Positions 1-13,040 of a stretch of 64,000 bases of DNA are shown one piece after another (position 1 is the stretch's first letter; every line of letters starts with the position of its first letter). The DNA is taken from assembly GCF_000143415.4 (NCBI RefSeq), contig NW_003314273.1:1642052-1706051 (forward strand). The letters run 5' to 3'. The stretch is from Selaginella moellendorffii. Its lineage: Eukaryota; Plantae; Lycopodiophyta. The notes under the pieces are model-generated. The model was given only the letters and a program-made list of their open reading frames with translations, was not told the origin of the DNA and did not search any database. The translations under genes and the position numbers were made by a program.

Positions 1-222
1 CAAAAGGGATTCAGAGGACATCCAGGCATCCTTGCAAACAACATCATGGCTTGCTGCATGCTGCATGACTTGATCACAAGGAATGATAGGTTCATGGAAG
101 ATTTTGACTCTGACAGATTTAACCATGATGCAGGGTACCTTCCACAAAGGTCTCTTCGTTCAGCTAAAGATAGCATAGCATTGCGAGACACTGTGGAAAA
201 GTTTGTAGAGAGCTTAGAGTGA
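1..222 (+). CDS. 3' end of PIF/Harbinger-type DDE transposase (HARBI1/ALP1-like), 5' part outside window
   Basis: Frame 1 is open to TGA at 220-222 and reads ...NNIMACCMLHDLI...IALRDTVEKFVESLE*. The ACCxLH(N) and terminal LRD motifs are typical of the Harbinger transposase C-terminus. Confidence 0.7.
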   Translation, partial: QKGFRGHPGILANNIMACCMLHDLITRNDRFMEDFDSDRFNHDAGYLPQRSLRSAKDSIALRDTVEKFVESLE

Positions 223-771
223 CAATACTATTGTACTTTATTTACTTAAGAGTGACAAAAACTATACATTTCAATGTTGATCCTGTGTCAATAGAGACAT
301 ACCTTGTGGGATGACTCCTCGGCCATTGCTACTACACTGCTGATGCCATTGCCTCTCAACCTTTGTACTTAAGCTGTACTTTGAGGATCTAGTGGAGGAA
401 TTTTTGCAAGGTAGAACTTTATATACTTATGCAAAGTTCAATTAAAGTATTCATTTGAGAAATTGAACAATGTCATATGTTGGGACCCAAAGGCACACTG
501 AAGGTAGCATGGGTTAGCTAGGTCAACCAGGCCTAGGGAGCTACACTCGACGCCCCACAGGGATGTCGAATCTATAGATGTATACTAGGGCATGGTGAGT
601 TGAGGGTTATAGAGACACTTATATCCCATTGTCATGGGCTCTTAGCTAGATTGGCTGATTTAGACACACTGTTAAGTGGGGGGATGTCCCAAGAGACATG
701 GTCAACAAGTCATAGAATTAAAAAAGAGACATTTGATGTGGGTATTGAACTTTTTTTATAGATGGTGGAGT

Positions 772-1839
772 TGTAAGGAACCAACTCCCTAAGATGTCCT
801 AAGCTAAAGAATCCCTGAAACCATGACCAAAATCATAAAAAGTTCATTGGATGAGACCAAGTTCGAGATCGAGCCCGAGACTGACTCTGAGACCAAGTTT
901 GAGGCTGAGTCCAAGATCAAGTTTGAGACCGACTCTGAGACCGAGTTTGAGACTAAGTCCAAGATTTGAGATTGGGTCCAAAACTGAGTCCGAGTTTGGG
1001 TCCGAGACCAAGTGTGAGGCTGAGTCCAAGATTGAGACCGAGTCTGAGTACTAATATAGGTTGTGGGGTGAAAGCACAAAGTGTGTGTCTCTTGGGGGGG
1101 GAGGGGGGGTGCCGGCTGCAGGGGGTTCCAAAAGTATAGTGGGGATAGTGAGGTCTAGGAACCAGTCTTGAAGGAACTCTTCAGTGGTGCTTCCAAACTG
1201 ACTTGAGGTAGAGACTAGGGGCCTCGGGTGGGAGTGAGCATGGAGTCAGGTGGTGCTAGAGAGGCCACCCGAGGAAGTGCTCAAGAGCAGTTCCCACTCC
1301 CGAAAGGGAAACCAATTGCAATGCTTCTAGCTCATGTGAAGTGGTGCCCTACTTGAGTACCTTGTGGCTTATTGGTCCTCACTCTTTCCTAGGGGCTTGA
1401 GCCTTCTCTTTGGGATGGAAAAACAAAGGTACCCATACTGAGCCATTAAGCCATGGTGTTTCTTAGCGATGTCCTAAAGCAAGTGAGACACTTAAGGCTT
1501 GGGATTTAGAGGGTTCCATAATTAAGTTTTATTATACCAAGGGATGTTAAGAATCTGGAGACTTGGTGTGCTTTGCTACTTATGTCTGTGGGGAGTGTAG
1601 TTGAACCTTAAGTCCAATTTAACTTGGGGAGGGGGATTGGGAGAGAATTTAGGAATTCATGGATAGATGGCTAATGCTTTATTACTCATGTAGTGAGTAG
1701 CTGAAACTAAGTAGGACCAAATAGAAGATAGTACAATAGAAAGGAATCATGGCAAGGGAACTTAACTAAGGCTAAAGTAGTGGTGGTCAGATAGATGAGG
1801 TAAGCTAACAAATTAGAAAGGAAAAACTTGTGGCTTATA
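772..1839 (+). mobile_element. Decayed family-C gypsy LTR (3' LTR, PPT-like tract at 760-771)
   Basis: Starts TGTAAGGAACCAACTC and ends ...GTGGCTTATA. It is colinear with LTR 11818-12945 and preceded by AGATGGTGGAGT. Confidence 0.8.
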
Positions 1840-2742
1840 GAGGTGATTTCTACAATGAGCTTGCTTGATCACTAATAGTGTCCTAGCTTCTCACTGTCCA
1901 TCAAAGAGCCCAACAAAGCCTTCCTTTCAGTGATTTAGATTTTGTTGTTGGCAGCTCTTCCCTTTAGCATCCCTCCTTGGGGCAATCAGAAGTTGAGGCC
2001 GTAGACTCTAGCACCTCTTCCAAGTGCAAAAGGTTGAGGCTTGGATCTCCCTCCATTGTTGCTTGGTGTTGGGTGGCATTCCATCTTGGATACAGTAGTA
2101 TAAAAGAAAAAATAGAGAGATTTTGGAATGATTCTTCATTGATTCTCGCAGCAGATGCCCCCGCTGATGGTAGCAAGTGTAGGGAGATTGGGTGCTCTCT
2201 CCTATACGCTCTTCTTCTTTTGGCTGCACCTCCGATCACAGCAGGCATGGTGCTAGAAGCTGCACTCCTCTATGCCCTAAGTCACCAATCACTTTTTCTC
2301 CTAAGACACCTACGTGAAATGAATTATAATAATACAATGGTATTGTGAGTCCAATAAAGTAATGGAGACTGGGTCTGAGATTGAGGCCGACACTAAGACC
2401 AAGTTTGAGACCAAGACTAAGATTGAATTCTCCATGGAAAGAAGCAAGAAACCTTGTAGAACTTAAGCAGTTCTATTTGGGCAGATACTCCACCCTTGAG
2501 GGAAATTTTCCAGGGGGGAGAAATAAAACCCTAGGTTCCATACCCCCCTGGTGACATGGCACCCAAAATAGGGGGGACGGGGGAAACCTGATGTCCCTCA
2601 TAAGGGTGGGCTTCCATGCTCCACCAAAAGACTGAAGCTTGTTCTCCATCTTCTTGTGTGTGCCATCCATTGACGATTCAAGTGTTGCCTTGCCTCATTG
2701 CAATTGTGACAGCCTTGACCTCACAATGCCAAACCCTAGATT

Positions 2743-3764
2743 GATCCAGTGCCTCATGTCATGATCTAGCGCCTTGTCACCCTAATTCTACTTCCATTTC
2801 AACACTTTAAAAAACATAATTTGCAATTCTACTTCTCCTTTATCATGGTTGATTCCACAAAAGCTTGCCAAAGCAATCAAAGTTCTCACATATCATGTGT
2901 ATTCCTTGTAACATCATTACAGCTCTCCTATCTGCAGCCACAATTGAAGCTTGGTGGTGTTGATCATTAGCTGCCTCCATTTTTTCTATCATTTGTATGT
3001 TGCTATCTTGAAGTTCTTGCATCGTTGCTTTCCTTTGCTCATCACTTCACTCGAGGAAACCATCAAATCCTTGAGTGCATTTGTTTTTTTCCCCATAGCT
3101 ATTGGAACTTTTTTCTTGCCAACTTATACTTATGAAATGTTCTTGTTAGCATCTCTAGGATCTTGTTTCAAATACAATGTTTTGATCTGGATCTATAGCT
3201 GTGTTTGTCTCTAGAAAAAAGAGAAACAATGGAGCTCTCGTAGAGTTTTAGCAAGTCGAGAATTAGAGATTCATTTTTCACAACTTTATCATCACTATCT
3301 CTTCCAGAAATTGGCTCTTTTGATGGAGAAACAAGTATTCCAAAGGTACAAAAAAAAAATATTCATGTTTGTTTTTTGATTTCACAACTTGTTTTCCCAA
3401 AATGAACCAACTCTGAAATGAACCAACTTCATTCTTATAGTAAACTCACTACTAAAGTAGGATGGTTTCCTTGATGGGATGTGGGTAGAACAAGAACTTT
3501 AAGATAGCAACATATAAATAATGGGAAAAATGGAGGTAGCTAATGATTGATGCCACCAAGCTTCAATTATGGTTGTAGATAGGAGAGTTGTAATGATGTT
3601 ACAAGAAATGCACATGATGCGTGAGGAACTTTGATTGCTTTAGCAAGCTTTTGTGAAAATCAACCATGACAATTAGAACTAGAATTGTAAATTTTGTTTT
3701 TTAAAGTGTTAAAATGGAATCAAGTAGAACTAGGGCAAGAGATCATGACATGAGGTGTTGGATC
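2743..3764. repeat. Long imperfect inverted repeat (arms ~2743-3064 and ~3461-3764, ~400-bp spacer)
   Basis: The reverse complement of 3461-3764 aligns along 2743-3064 (e.g. AACACTTTAAAAAAC, AAAGCAATCAAAGTT, AATTGAAGCTTGGTGG, GAAACCATC). Confidence 0.85.
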
Positions 3765-3804
3765 ATGATGTGAGACACTAGAGCACTAGGTTTGATCTTG
3801 ATTC

Positions 3805-4082
3805 AGCCCTTGGCCATAGAGCTCTCGGCCATGGAGCTTTTGCAGTTATAGAGCTCTCGGTCACAATAGAACTCTTGTAGCAATGAGCTCTTGGCCATGG
3901 AGCTCTCAACTATGGTGGAGCTCTTGCTGCCATGGAGCTCTTGGCCATAGTGGAGCTCTTGCAGCCATGGAGCTCCTAGCCATAGTGGAGCTCTTGCAGC
4001 TATGGAGCTCCTAGCCATAGTGGAGCTCTTGCAGCTATAGAGCTCTTGGCCATGGTGGAGCTCTTGTGGCCATGGAGCTCTT
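3805..4082. repeat. Minisatellite of 18-21 bp units (GCCATGGAGCTCTTG / GCCATAGTGGAGCTCTT)
   Basis: About 14 tandem GAGCTCT-cored units are directly visible. Confidence 0.9.
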
Positions 4083-4456
4083 GTAAAGTTTGGGCAAGTT
4101 GAGAATTCAATACTCTTTACTATTGTAAATGACTAAATTTTCCATTGTACTTTAGTCACTTAACCACACCTTTGACCACTTATAGGGGTCTCACTCACCA
4201 CCTCCATAAGTCCTATTCCCAAATTAGGGATTTGCTAACCTTGTAAATGGCCTCTATACCACATAGCCTTTGCACTTGATCCAAGTGCTCCATATGTCTA
4301 ATCCAAGTGTTTAATCTCATGATAAAAACCCAAAGGTATTATTGACATATCAACCCATTATACTAAGACTATATCCAGTTACCTTTGTTTTATTAGTAGT
4401 CCAAGACCACCCATATCACAATCATGTCTCCTAAAGATTGGGCCATTTGCCCATGA

Positions 4457-5559
4457 TGTAAGCGACTAAATTTTCCATTCTACTTTAGTCACTTAACCAC
4501 ACCTCCAACCACTTGGAGGAGTCTCTCTCACAACCTCCATAAGTCCTATTTCAGACTTGGGCTTGCTAGCCCCGAGAATGGCATCCCTGCCACTCAACCT
4601 TTGCACTTGATCCAAGTGCTCCACGTGTCCAATCCCATGACCGACACCCCAAGGTACCACCAACATATCCGCCCGTTACGCTAAGGCCATGCCCCTTTAC
4701 CTTGGTCACACTAGTGGTCTAACACCACCTGCATCACAGTCCCTTCTCTCAAGGACTGGGCCATCCGTCCATGAGTGATCATTCCAGATCCCCTCCTTAG
4801 CATCCTTAGGATGCCCACAGACATGGGGAATAGCCTTCCCCAATATCCCTTTTCCGGTCTTCGCCAAGTCCCTTTTTGGCCATGGCCGTGTTTGTCAACA
4901 CTGCCACTGGATCAATGCTCACAGGCCCGACCACTAAGTCCCACGGTCCTCTAGGACTTCCTCACCACACGACTGTATCCTTAGTCACTACACCAGAGGA
5001 CTGCTCCTCTGCCTTTCCACAGTCTGGGCCTTCGGGACAACATTTCGGAACACCGTGGCCTTACGCAAGCCTCGGGGGTACTCTCCCCGCCTTTCGCTTC
5101 AGGTGCTCTAGCCATGGGCTTAGAGCGAGGTTCCGTTGAGCCACGACAGGTATCCAAGTAGGTAGTGCCACCCACACTTGGACTGGGAGCATCGGCCAGT
5201 TGATCTCCCGGGGGAAACTAGAGCTGGCTCTTGAACACTTCACTAAGCTACCCCGCTTGTCGGTCCGTGTTCACTCTAGTCTTGGACTTCCCAGTGGGCA
5301 GCTCATCACCCAACACTGGGTCCGGCCTTCCTGGGCCAAACTGGCCTTTCCTGGCCAAACTGGCTCCACTGCAGTCCTCCCCCCTACTATACTTTTGGAG
5401 CTCACCAAACCCCCCAGGGTCTGGGAGACGAACGCTTTGGGCTTTCACCCTCTTAGGCTCCGGACTCGGACTCGGACTCGGACTCGGACTCGGATTCGGA
5501 CTCAGACTCGGGCTCGGGCTCGGTCTCGGCCTCGGCCTCGGTCTCGGTCTCGGTCCCGA

Positions 5560-5597
<38 letters not shown>

Positions 5598-6063
5598 CCG
5601 GTCTCGGTCTCGACTTCAGACTCCATCTCGGACTCCATCTCGGACTCCATCTCGGACTCCATCTCGGGTCCATCTCGGACTCCATCTCGGACTCCATCTC
5701 GGGTCCATCTTGGACTCCATCTCGGACTCCATTTCGGGTCCATCTCGGGTCCACCTCGGACTCCATCTCGGACTCCATCTCGGATTCCATCTCGGGTCTA
5801 TCTCGGACTCCACTTCGGACTCCAACTTGGGTCCATCTCGGGTCCACCTCGGACTCCACTTCGGACTCCATCTCGGACTCCATCTCGGGTTCGCTTCGTG
5901 CTCGTTCCTCGAGCACTTCGTTGGGAGTTCCACTCCCGCTCTTGACTTTTCAAGTCGGAGCTTTTGGTCCAAACGTGTTATGCTCATTTGGCTCTCGCTT
6001 CGACCACTACCATGTGGCGCCCTTCCGGCTCCACTTTGGGGCTTAGGGATTTTGTGTCTCACA
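4457..6063 (-). mobile_element. Family-A solo LTR (1.6 kb) with perfect 5-bp TSD CATGA
   Basis: TG...CA termini, CATGA at 4452-4456 and 6064-6068, and an internal CTCGGA/CTCGGT/CTCCATCTCGGA satellite at ~5460-5890. Confidence 0.92.
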
Positions 6064-7138
6064 CATGAGTGGTCATCCCATGACCACACTTTAACATCTG
6101 TAGGATGTCTAGAGACATGGGGAACACCCTTCTCCAATATCCTTCTTTAGTCCCCACCAAGTCCTTTATTGTCCATAATTGTGCTTGCCAACACTGCTAT
6201 GAGTTAAGGCTTGAAGGCTTGACCACTAAGTCTTATTGACCTTTGGGACTTCTTTGCTATACAACTATATCCTTGGTCACTATACAAGAGGGTTGCTCCT
6301 CTTCCTTTCCACAGTCTAGGACTTTAAAATGACATTTCAAAACATCAAAGCCCAATATAAGCATCGTGGGTACTCTCCGACCTTCTGCCTTTTGGTGCCC
6401 TAGCCATGTGGCTAGAGTGAGGTTCCAATGAGCCATACTAGGTATCTAAGTAGGTAGTGCCACCCACACTTGGATTGGGAGCATCGATTATCCAATCTCC
6501 TAGGGGAGCTAAACCTACTCTTGAACACTTTCATAAACTACCCTACTTATCCATTTGTGTTCATTCTAGCCTTGGACTCTTCAGTGGTTATATCATAACC
6601 CACGATGTGGGTGTAGCCTTCCTAAGTCACAGTGGCCTTTCCTAGCTAAATTGATTCCACTTAAGTCCAACCCCCACACTCTCCCTATTATACTTTTGGA
6701 ACCCCCTGTAGCCCCCCCCCCCCCAAAAGGTACTATCACTTTGGGCTTTCACCCCTTGACTTGTATTAGTATTTGGACTTGGACTCGGGCTTGGACTCGG
6801 TCTTGGTCTTGGTCTCAGTTTTGGTCTTGATCTTGGACTTAGTCTTGGCCTCCATCTCAAACTCGACCTTGGGCTCCATTTCAGACTCCATCTCAGACTC
6901 TTTCTCGAATTCCATCTTAGACTCCATCTCAAACTCCTTTTTGGACTCTATCTTGGACTCCTTCTTATACTCCTTCTCGGACTTTATCTCGAACTCGGTA
7001 CCAACACTTTCCATGTGTCATGACACTTGCCATATGTTAATCCTTAAGAGCAAGAGTGGAACTCCAAACAAAGTGCTCTAAAAATAAGCATATAGCAATC
7101 AATAAATGAGTCTCTAGAAAGGGACACAAGAAGCTTTT

Positions 7139-8836
7139 TGTAGCACATGTGATCATAGGATGAGATTTGGATATATTGTCACCGTAGATCTTTGGAACCT
7201 TGGGGGATAAATGGAGATAAAATAGCTACTAAGGGCTCTCTTATCAAGCAATTGCCCCTTTTTCAGTTGGTTTAAGGGGAGAGAGATAAGGTGTGTTACA
7301 GTTGGTATCGGAGTAAATGGCACGGGTTCAATTCCAATTGATTAGTGGCTACTAAAAAATATAATATACTCTTGAGCAAGGTATATTCCTACCCCTAAAT
7401 TTGAAATCGTACGTATTGGACATCCATGTGTACGTCCTTCCTCTTGTGTGGAGTATCTATGGACGAAGGTATCCACCGTGGGACTGCAGTACGGGTGGAT
7501 GACTAGTTGCCTCACATGGAATAGTTAATCTACACAATGGAAGGATTGGTAGATTGAGTGCGGAAATGGAGGTGTTAGTTCTCCTTGGCTCAGTAAGGGT
7601 TGTTAGTCAATAGTCAATGAGGACATTGACATTTCTAAAGGGGGGGTGAGTGTAGCGCATGTGATCATGGGATGAGATTTGGATATACTGTCACTGTAGA
7701 TCCTTGGAACCTTGGGGGATAAATGGGGATAAAATAGCTACTAAGGGCTCTCTTATCAAGCAATTGCCCCTTTTTCAGTTGGCTTAAGGGGAGAGAGATA
7801 AGGTGCGTTACAGTTGGTATTGGAGTAAATGGCACGGGTTCAATTCCAATTGATTAGTGGCTACTAAAAAATATAATATACTCTTGAGCAAGGTATATTC
7901 CTACCCCTAAATTTGAAATTGTACGTATTGGACATCCATGTGTACGTCCTTCCTCTTGTGTGGAGTATCTATGGACGAAGGTATCCACCGTGGGACTGCA
8001 ATACGGGTGGATGACTAGTTGCCTCACATGGAATAGTTAGTTTACACAATGGAAGGATTGGTAGATTGAGTGCGGAAATGGAGGTGTTAGTTCTCCTTGG
8101 CTCAGTAAGGGTTGTTAGTCAATAGTCAATGAGGACATTGACATTTCTAAAGGGGGGGTGAGTGTAGCGCATGTGATCATGGGATGAGATTTGGATATAC
8201 TGTCACTGTAGATCCTTGGAACCTTGGGGGATAAATGGGGATAAAATAGCCACTAAGGGCTCTCTTATCAAGCAATTGCCCCTTTTTCAGTTGGCTTAAG
8301 GGGAGAGAGATAAGGTGTGTTACAGTTGGTATTGGAGTAAATGGCACGGGTTCAATTCCAATTGATTAGTGGCTACTAAAAAATATAATATACTCTTGAG
8401 CAAGGTATATTCCTACCCCTAAATTTGAAATCGTACGTATTGGACATCCATGTGTACGTCCTTCCTCTTGTGTGGAGTATCTATGGACGAAGGTATCCAC
8501 CGTGGGACTGCAATACGGGTGGATGACTAGTTGCCTCACATGGAATAGTTAGTTTACACAATGGAAGGATTGGTAGATTGAGTGCGGAAATGGAGGTGTT
8601 AGTTCTCCTTGGCTCAGTAAGGGTTGTTAGTCAATAGTCAATGAGGACATTGACATTTCTAAAGGGGGGGTGAGTGTAGCGCATGTGATCATGGGATGAG
8701 ATTTGGATATATTGTCACTATAGATCCTTGGAACCTTGGGGGATAAATGGGGATAAAATAGCCACTAAGGGCTCTCTCATCAAGCAATTGCCCCTTTTGT
8801 AGTTGGTTTAAGGGGAGAGAGATAAGGTATGCTACA
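7139..8836 (+). mobile_element. Tandem-array TRIM: four 162-bp LTRs and three 350-bp internal segments, TSD CTTTT
   Basis: LTRs at 7139-7300, 7651-7812, 8163-8324 and 8675-8836 (TGTAGC...TACA). PBS TGGTAT(C/T)GGAG follows the first three LTRs and PPT AAAGGGGGGGTGAG precedes the last three. Period is 512 bp, with CTTTT on both sides. Confidence 0.93.
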
Positions 8837-9400
8837 CTTTTGGTACAAATGTGTTACGTTCATTGGACTTCCACTTTGATCACTGCCTATGGCACCCTTT
8901 TAGCTCCACTTTGGAGTTTAGTGTGTTTCACAACTCCACCACCTATAGAGAAGTTTGATGTCCTCATCAAACAATAAACCATTTTATAAAGTAACCCTAT
9001 CATGGATTGCCATTTTCATCCTTAGTACTAAGCTAGTATTCATCAATAGTTCAACACTAAAGGCTCACCATGCCCTCCCATCCTCTAAGGGGCATAGTCT
9101 TTCTAACTTAGAGTCTTATTAGATCACATGTGATGGTCTTTTCCCTTTATTTGTTTAGTTTTTGCTAAACTTATTAGGGATACCTTCTCTATTTCAATCT
9201 TACTAGTCATTCCAGAGTAGTATTAGCCTCTATCAACATAACCATTATATTTGGAATTTTAATATTGACTTCTTGAGTCAATTTCTTAGGTGTTTTTGAC
9301 ACCTTGTATTGTATATGTTGTGCATACTCCATTTCCTCATCCTAACAAATTCTTTATTTGAGGGCACTATTATCCTCTCTTTTATTTTGTGTCATCCTAG

Positions 9401-10005
9401 TGTAAATAATTAAATTTCCATTCTACTTTAGTCACTTAACCACACCTCCGACCACTTGGAAGAGTCTCACTCATAACTTCCATAAGTCCTCTTTTGGACT
9501 TAGGGACTTGTTAGCCCCAAGAATGGCATCCATGCCACTCAACCATTGCACTTGGTCCAAGTGCTCCATGTGTTCAATCCCATGACCAACATTGCAAGGA
9601 ACCACTGACATATCAGCCTGTTACGCTAAGGCCATGCCCATTCACCTTGGTCACACCGGTGGTCTGACACCACCTACATCACAGTCCTGTCTCTCAAAGA
9701 CTGGGTTATCTGTCCATGAGTGATCATCCCAGATCCACTCCTTAGCATCCTTAGGATGTCCATAGACATGAGGAATAGCCTTCCCCAATATCCCTTTTCC
9801 AGTCCCCACCAAGTCCCTTTCTGCCTATGGCCGTGTTCGCCAACATTGCCATTGGATCGAGGCCCACAAGCCCGACCACTAAGTCCCATGGTTCTCTGGG
9901 ACTTCCTCACCACCCAACTGTATCTTTGGTCACTACACCAGAGGACTACTCCTCTTCCTTTCCACAGTCTGGGCCTTTGGGACAACATTTCAGAACACCG
10001 TGGCC
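9401..10005 (-). mobile_element. Truncated family-A LTR fused to family-A internal sequence (10006-11817, continuing 16326-18044)
   Basis: Begins TGTAAATAATTAAATTTCC and matches the LTR up to ...GAACACCGTGGCC, then jumps into sequence homologous to 20120 onward. Confidence 0.75.
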
Positions 10006-13000
10006 CTAGAGTAGTCTCAGTTTCCATCGATATAACTTTTGCACTATGGAACTTTTACTTTTGACTTCTTGAAGTCAATTTCCTAGGTGTCTCCGACACC
10101 TTGCATTGCACATATTGTGCAACTCCACTTCCCCACCCTAGGAAGTTCTCTACTTGGGGGCACCATCATCCTCTCTTCTATTTTGTGCCTCCTTGGGCAC
10201 TAAGTTCCTGTTATCATAATTTGTGCTAAGGCTGTCCATGGCCCTATCATTTGGCTACCTTACCGCTCCCTCCCTTGGAGCTTCCACTTTCACTAAATCG
10301 GAGCAATTGGGAATCCATCCTTGGAAACACTTTTCCTTTCCCACAATTCGTTAGCCCCCAACACATTAGACCTTGCCTTTCCCACAATTCGTTAGCCCCC
10401 AACACATTAGTGTTCTTGGTCTAACTTTGCCTTTTGGATTCTTTCCCATAGTTCCTATGGCTTTTTTCTTAGCCATTAATTTTTTGCTCCTATCCTTTGA
10501 TAGTTGCACCCAACAACATAGGATTGCTACCTCTTTTTAGTTCTATAGCAAAGACTTTGCTTGCCAAGTCCAGATGGTGTTTACCCCTAGTATGTCTCTT
10601 TATCATTTTCTACTATGGCTTTATTCATAGCCCAATTTAGTGACCCTCCCATGGGTCTCTTATGGAGACTACTTTTCTCGGACTCACTATGCCATTGCAT
10701 GGACACAACTTATTTCCCTTAGGTGCTCTTCCCACTTGGTCATCTTGACCAAGCCACACCATCATAAACAGTTCAAATCAACACTTTGAACCAGAAACTT
10801 CATTCCTTAGCCAACCAAGGACCTTGTCCTTATTTAGCCACAAGATCACCTAGTGATTTCACCTTGGCACCTTAACAGAGTTGCCAAGAGGTATTTAGTC
10901 TTCTAGACCTTCAAGTTGTTGACCATGACCCTGGGGGCATTCCCCACACTTGGCAGTGCACCCAAGCCAACCCTTACAACCAAGGGTCCATAGCAACTAA
11001 GATTAAGTGTCCTCATCTTATTCACCACGTCCTTGGTGCCACTCGCACCAAAATGTTCAAATTAGATATGCTAAGCCACACTAAGAAATCTAACCGTGCA
11101 TCACGACTTCGAGGCATCCCTCGCTTGGCAATGTGCCCAAACTAGTCTCCTCACTGAGAGTCCATGACCACCGAAAAATGAGTGTCCTTATATTCCAAAC
11201 CATCACCACGCCCTAGTGATTTGGGATTTGAACCCAAGCACTAAAGGGTCGGGACTTGAACCCAACCTCTGTATATGCATTTACAGAAGGCATTATCCAA
11301 GATGCCTGGCGTGACTCCCCACGCCGGTGCACCAACTTATAGTTAAAGCGCGCTATAGATCACAGCTTAGGAACCTAGTTCCTTTGTATTGCCAAGTCCT
11401 CTCACTTGACATGTTTATGATCATGCATGGACTCCTCCATGCTTGGCCCCATGGCCACCCTTTTTGAAGGCAGCACCTTCAACTAGGGTATTTGTTCCCC
11501 GGACTTGCGAATCTCATCTAACAAGTCATCCGGCCACCGTAACATAGTTCATGCATAAGCGTGAAAGTCTTTAACCATCAATTTTTGTTCAAAGCCCTCT
11601 CTTTGAACACTCAGGAACTACTTTCACAACCTTGATAGCCTTGCCTCATGGCAAACTTTTTCTGCTGCGCCACTCTAATTTCACGCGCTCTAGGAACAAT
11701 TTACACTTGGCTTTCTAAGTACTTATTTACCTAGAATTGTCTTTGGGAACTTTCAAGGAACTTTGTTCCTTAGCTTGCTAAGGCTTCTCCTTTTTGCAAG
11801 CTCCCTAATCACCATATTGTAAGGAACCAACTCGCCGAGGTGTCGTAGGCTAAAGGAACCCCGAAAGCATGACCAAAATGACAAAGAGTTCATCGGATTG
11901 GACCAAGTTGAAGATCGAGTCCAAGACCGACTCGGAGACCGAGTTCAAGATAGAGTCCGGAATCGAGTCCGAGGCCGACTCGGGGACCGAGTTCGAGACC
12001 GAGTTCGAGACGGAGTCCAAGATCCGAAACCGGGTCCAAGACCGAGTCCGAGGTCGGGTCCGAGATCGGGTCCGAGATCGAGTCTGAGATCGAGTCCGAG
12101 ACCGAATCCGAAGTCGGATCCGAAATCGAGTCCGAGATCGAGCCAGAGACTAAGTCCAAATACTAATACGGGTCAAAGGGTGAAAGCCCAAAACGTGCGT
12201 CTCCCAGGGGGGGGGGGGGCGGGGCTGTAGGGGGTTCCAAAAGTATAGTAGGGATAGTGAGGTCAGGGAACCAATTTTGAAGGGGCTCTCCAGTGGGGCT
12301 CCCAAACCGACTTGAGGTTGAGATTGGGACCAAGGGGCCTTGGGTGGGAGTGAGCATGGACTTGGTTGGTGCCGGAGGGGCCATCCAAGGAAGTGCTCAA
12401 GAGCAGCTCCCACTCCCGAAAGGGAAACCGATTGCGGTGCTCCCGGCTCAGGTGGAGTGGTGCCCCACTTGAATACCACGCGGCTTATTGGTCCTCACCC
12501 TTCCTAGGGGCTTGGGCCTTCCTTCGGGATAGAAGTGGGGGGGTAGAGGTACCCATACCGGGCCGCTAGGCCACGGTGTTTCGCCCCGGTGTCCCGAAGC
12601 AAGTGTTGCACTCAAGACTTGGGATTTAGAGGGTCCCATGATCAAGTCTTGTGGTACCAAGGGATGTTAGGAACCTGGAAGCTTGGTGTGCTTGGTTGCT
12701 TGTGCTTGCGGGGAGTGTAGCCGAACCTTAAGTCCAGTCTAACCCGGGGAGGGGGATTGGGAGTGATTTGGGAATCCGTGGATGGATGGCTAACACTCCG
12801 TTGCTCGTGCAGTGAGTAGCTGAAACCAAGTAGGAGCTGGTACCATAGGCGAGAACCTTGGCAAGGGAACTTAGCAAAAGCCGTAGTGTTGGACGGATAG
12901 ACGAGGTAAGCTGGCAAATTGGAAAGGAAAAATTTGTAGCTTACAATTTGGTATCGGAGCCTTTTCCTCAGTTCTAGCAAAGGATAGAGGCGGATTGCTG

Positions 13001-13040
13001 GGAGATGGCAAGGGCAGGGCGTAAGCGAACCTAGGCGGAG

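Larger units (their letters stand above)
4124..8932 (-). mobile_element. Old family-A 3' LTR, interrupted by a younger family-A solo LTR and a TRIM array
   Basis: TGTAAATGACTAAATTT at 4124 and ...TGTTTCACA at 8932, followed by the reverse-complemented PPT (ACTCCACCACC). Diverged homology to 23899-25736. Confidence 0.75.

Noticed and set aside
1964-2348. Possible Myb/SANT partner ORF of the Harbinger element
   Set aside because: Only short, frameshifted ORFs with no convincing motif are present, so the call cannot be supported by eye.
5200-6150. Long RS/GL/SD-repeat ORFs (also 18675-19845, 24621-25751, 30225-30751, 53606-54131) resembling SR proteins
   Set aside because: These are stop-free reading of the hexamer satellite inside LTRs, open in several frames on both strands.
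7139-8836. Repeat-spacer-like array suggestive of CRISPR
   Set aside because: The spacers are identical 350-bp segments with PBS and PPT. It is a tandem TRIM, and there are no cas genes.
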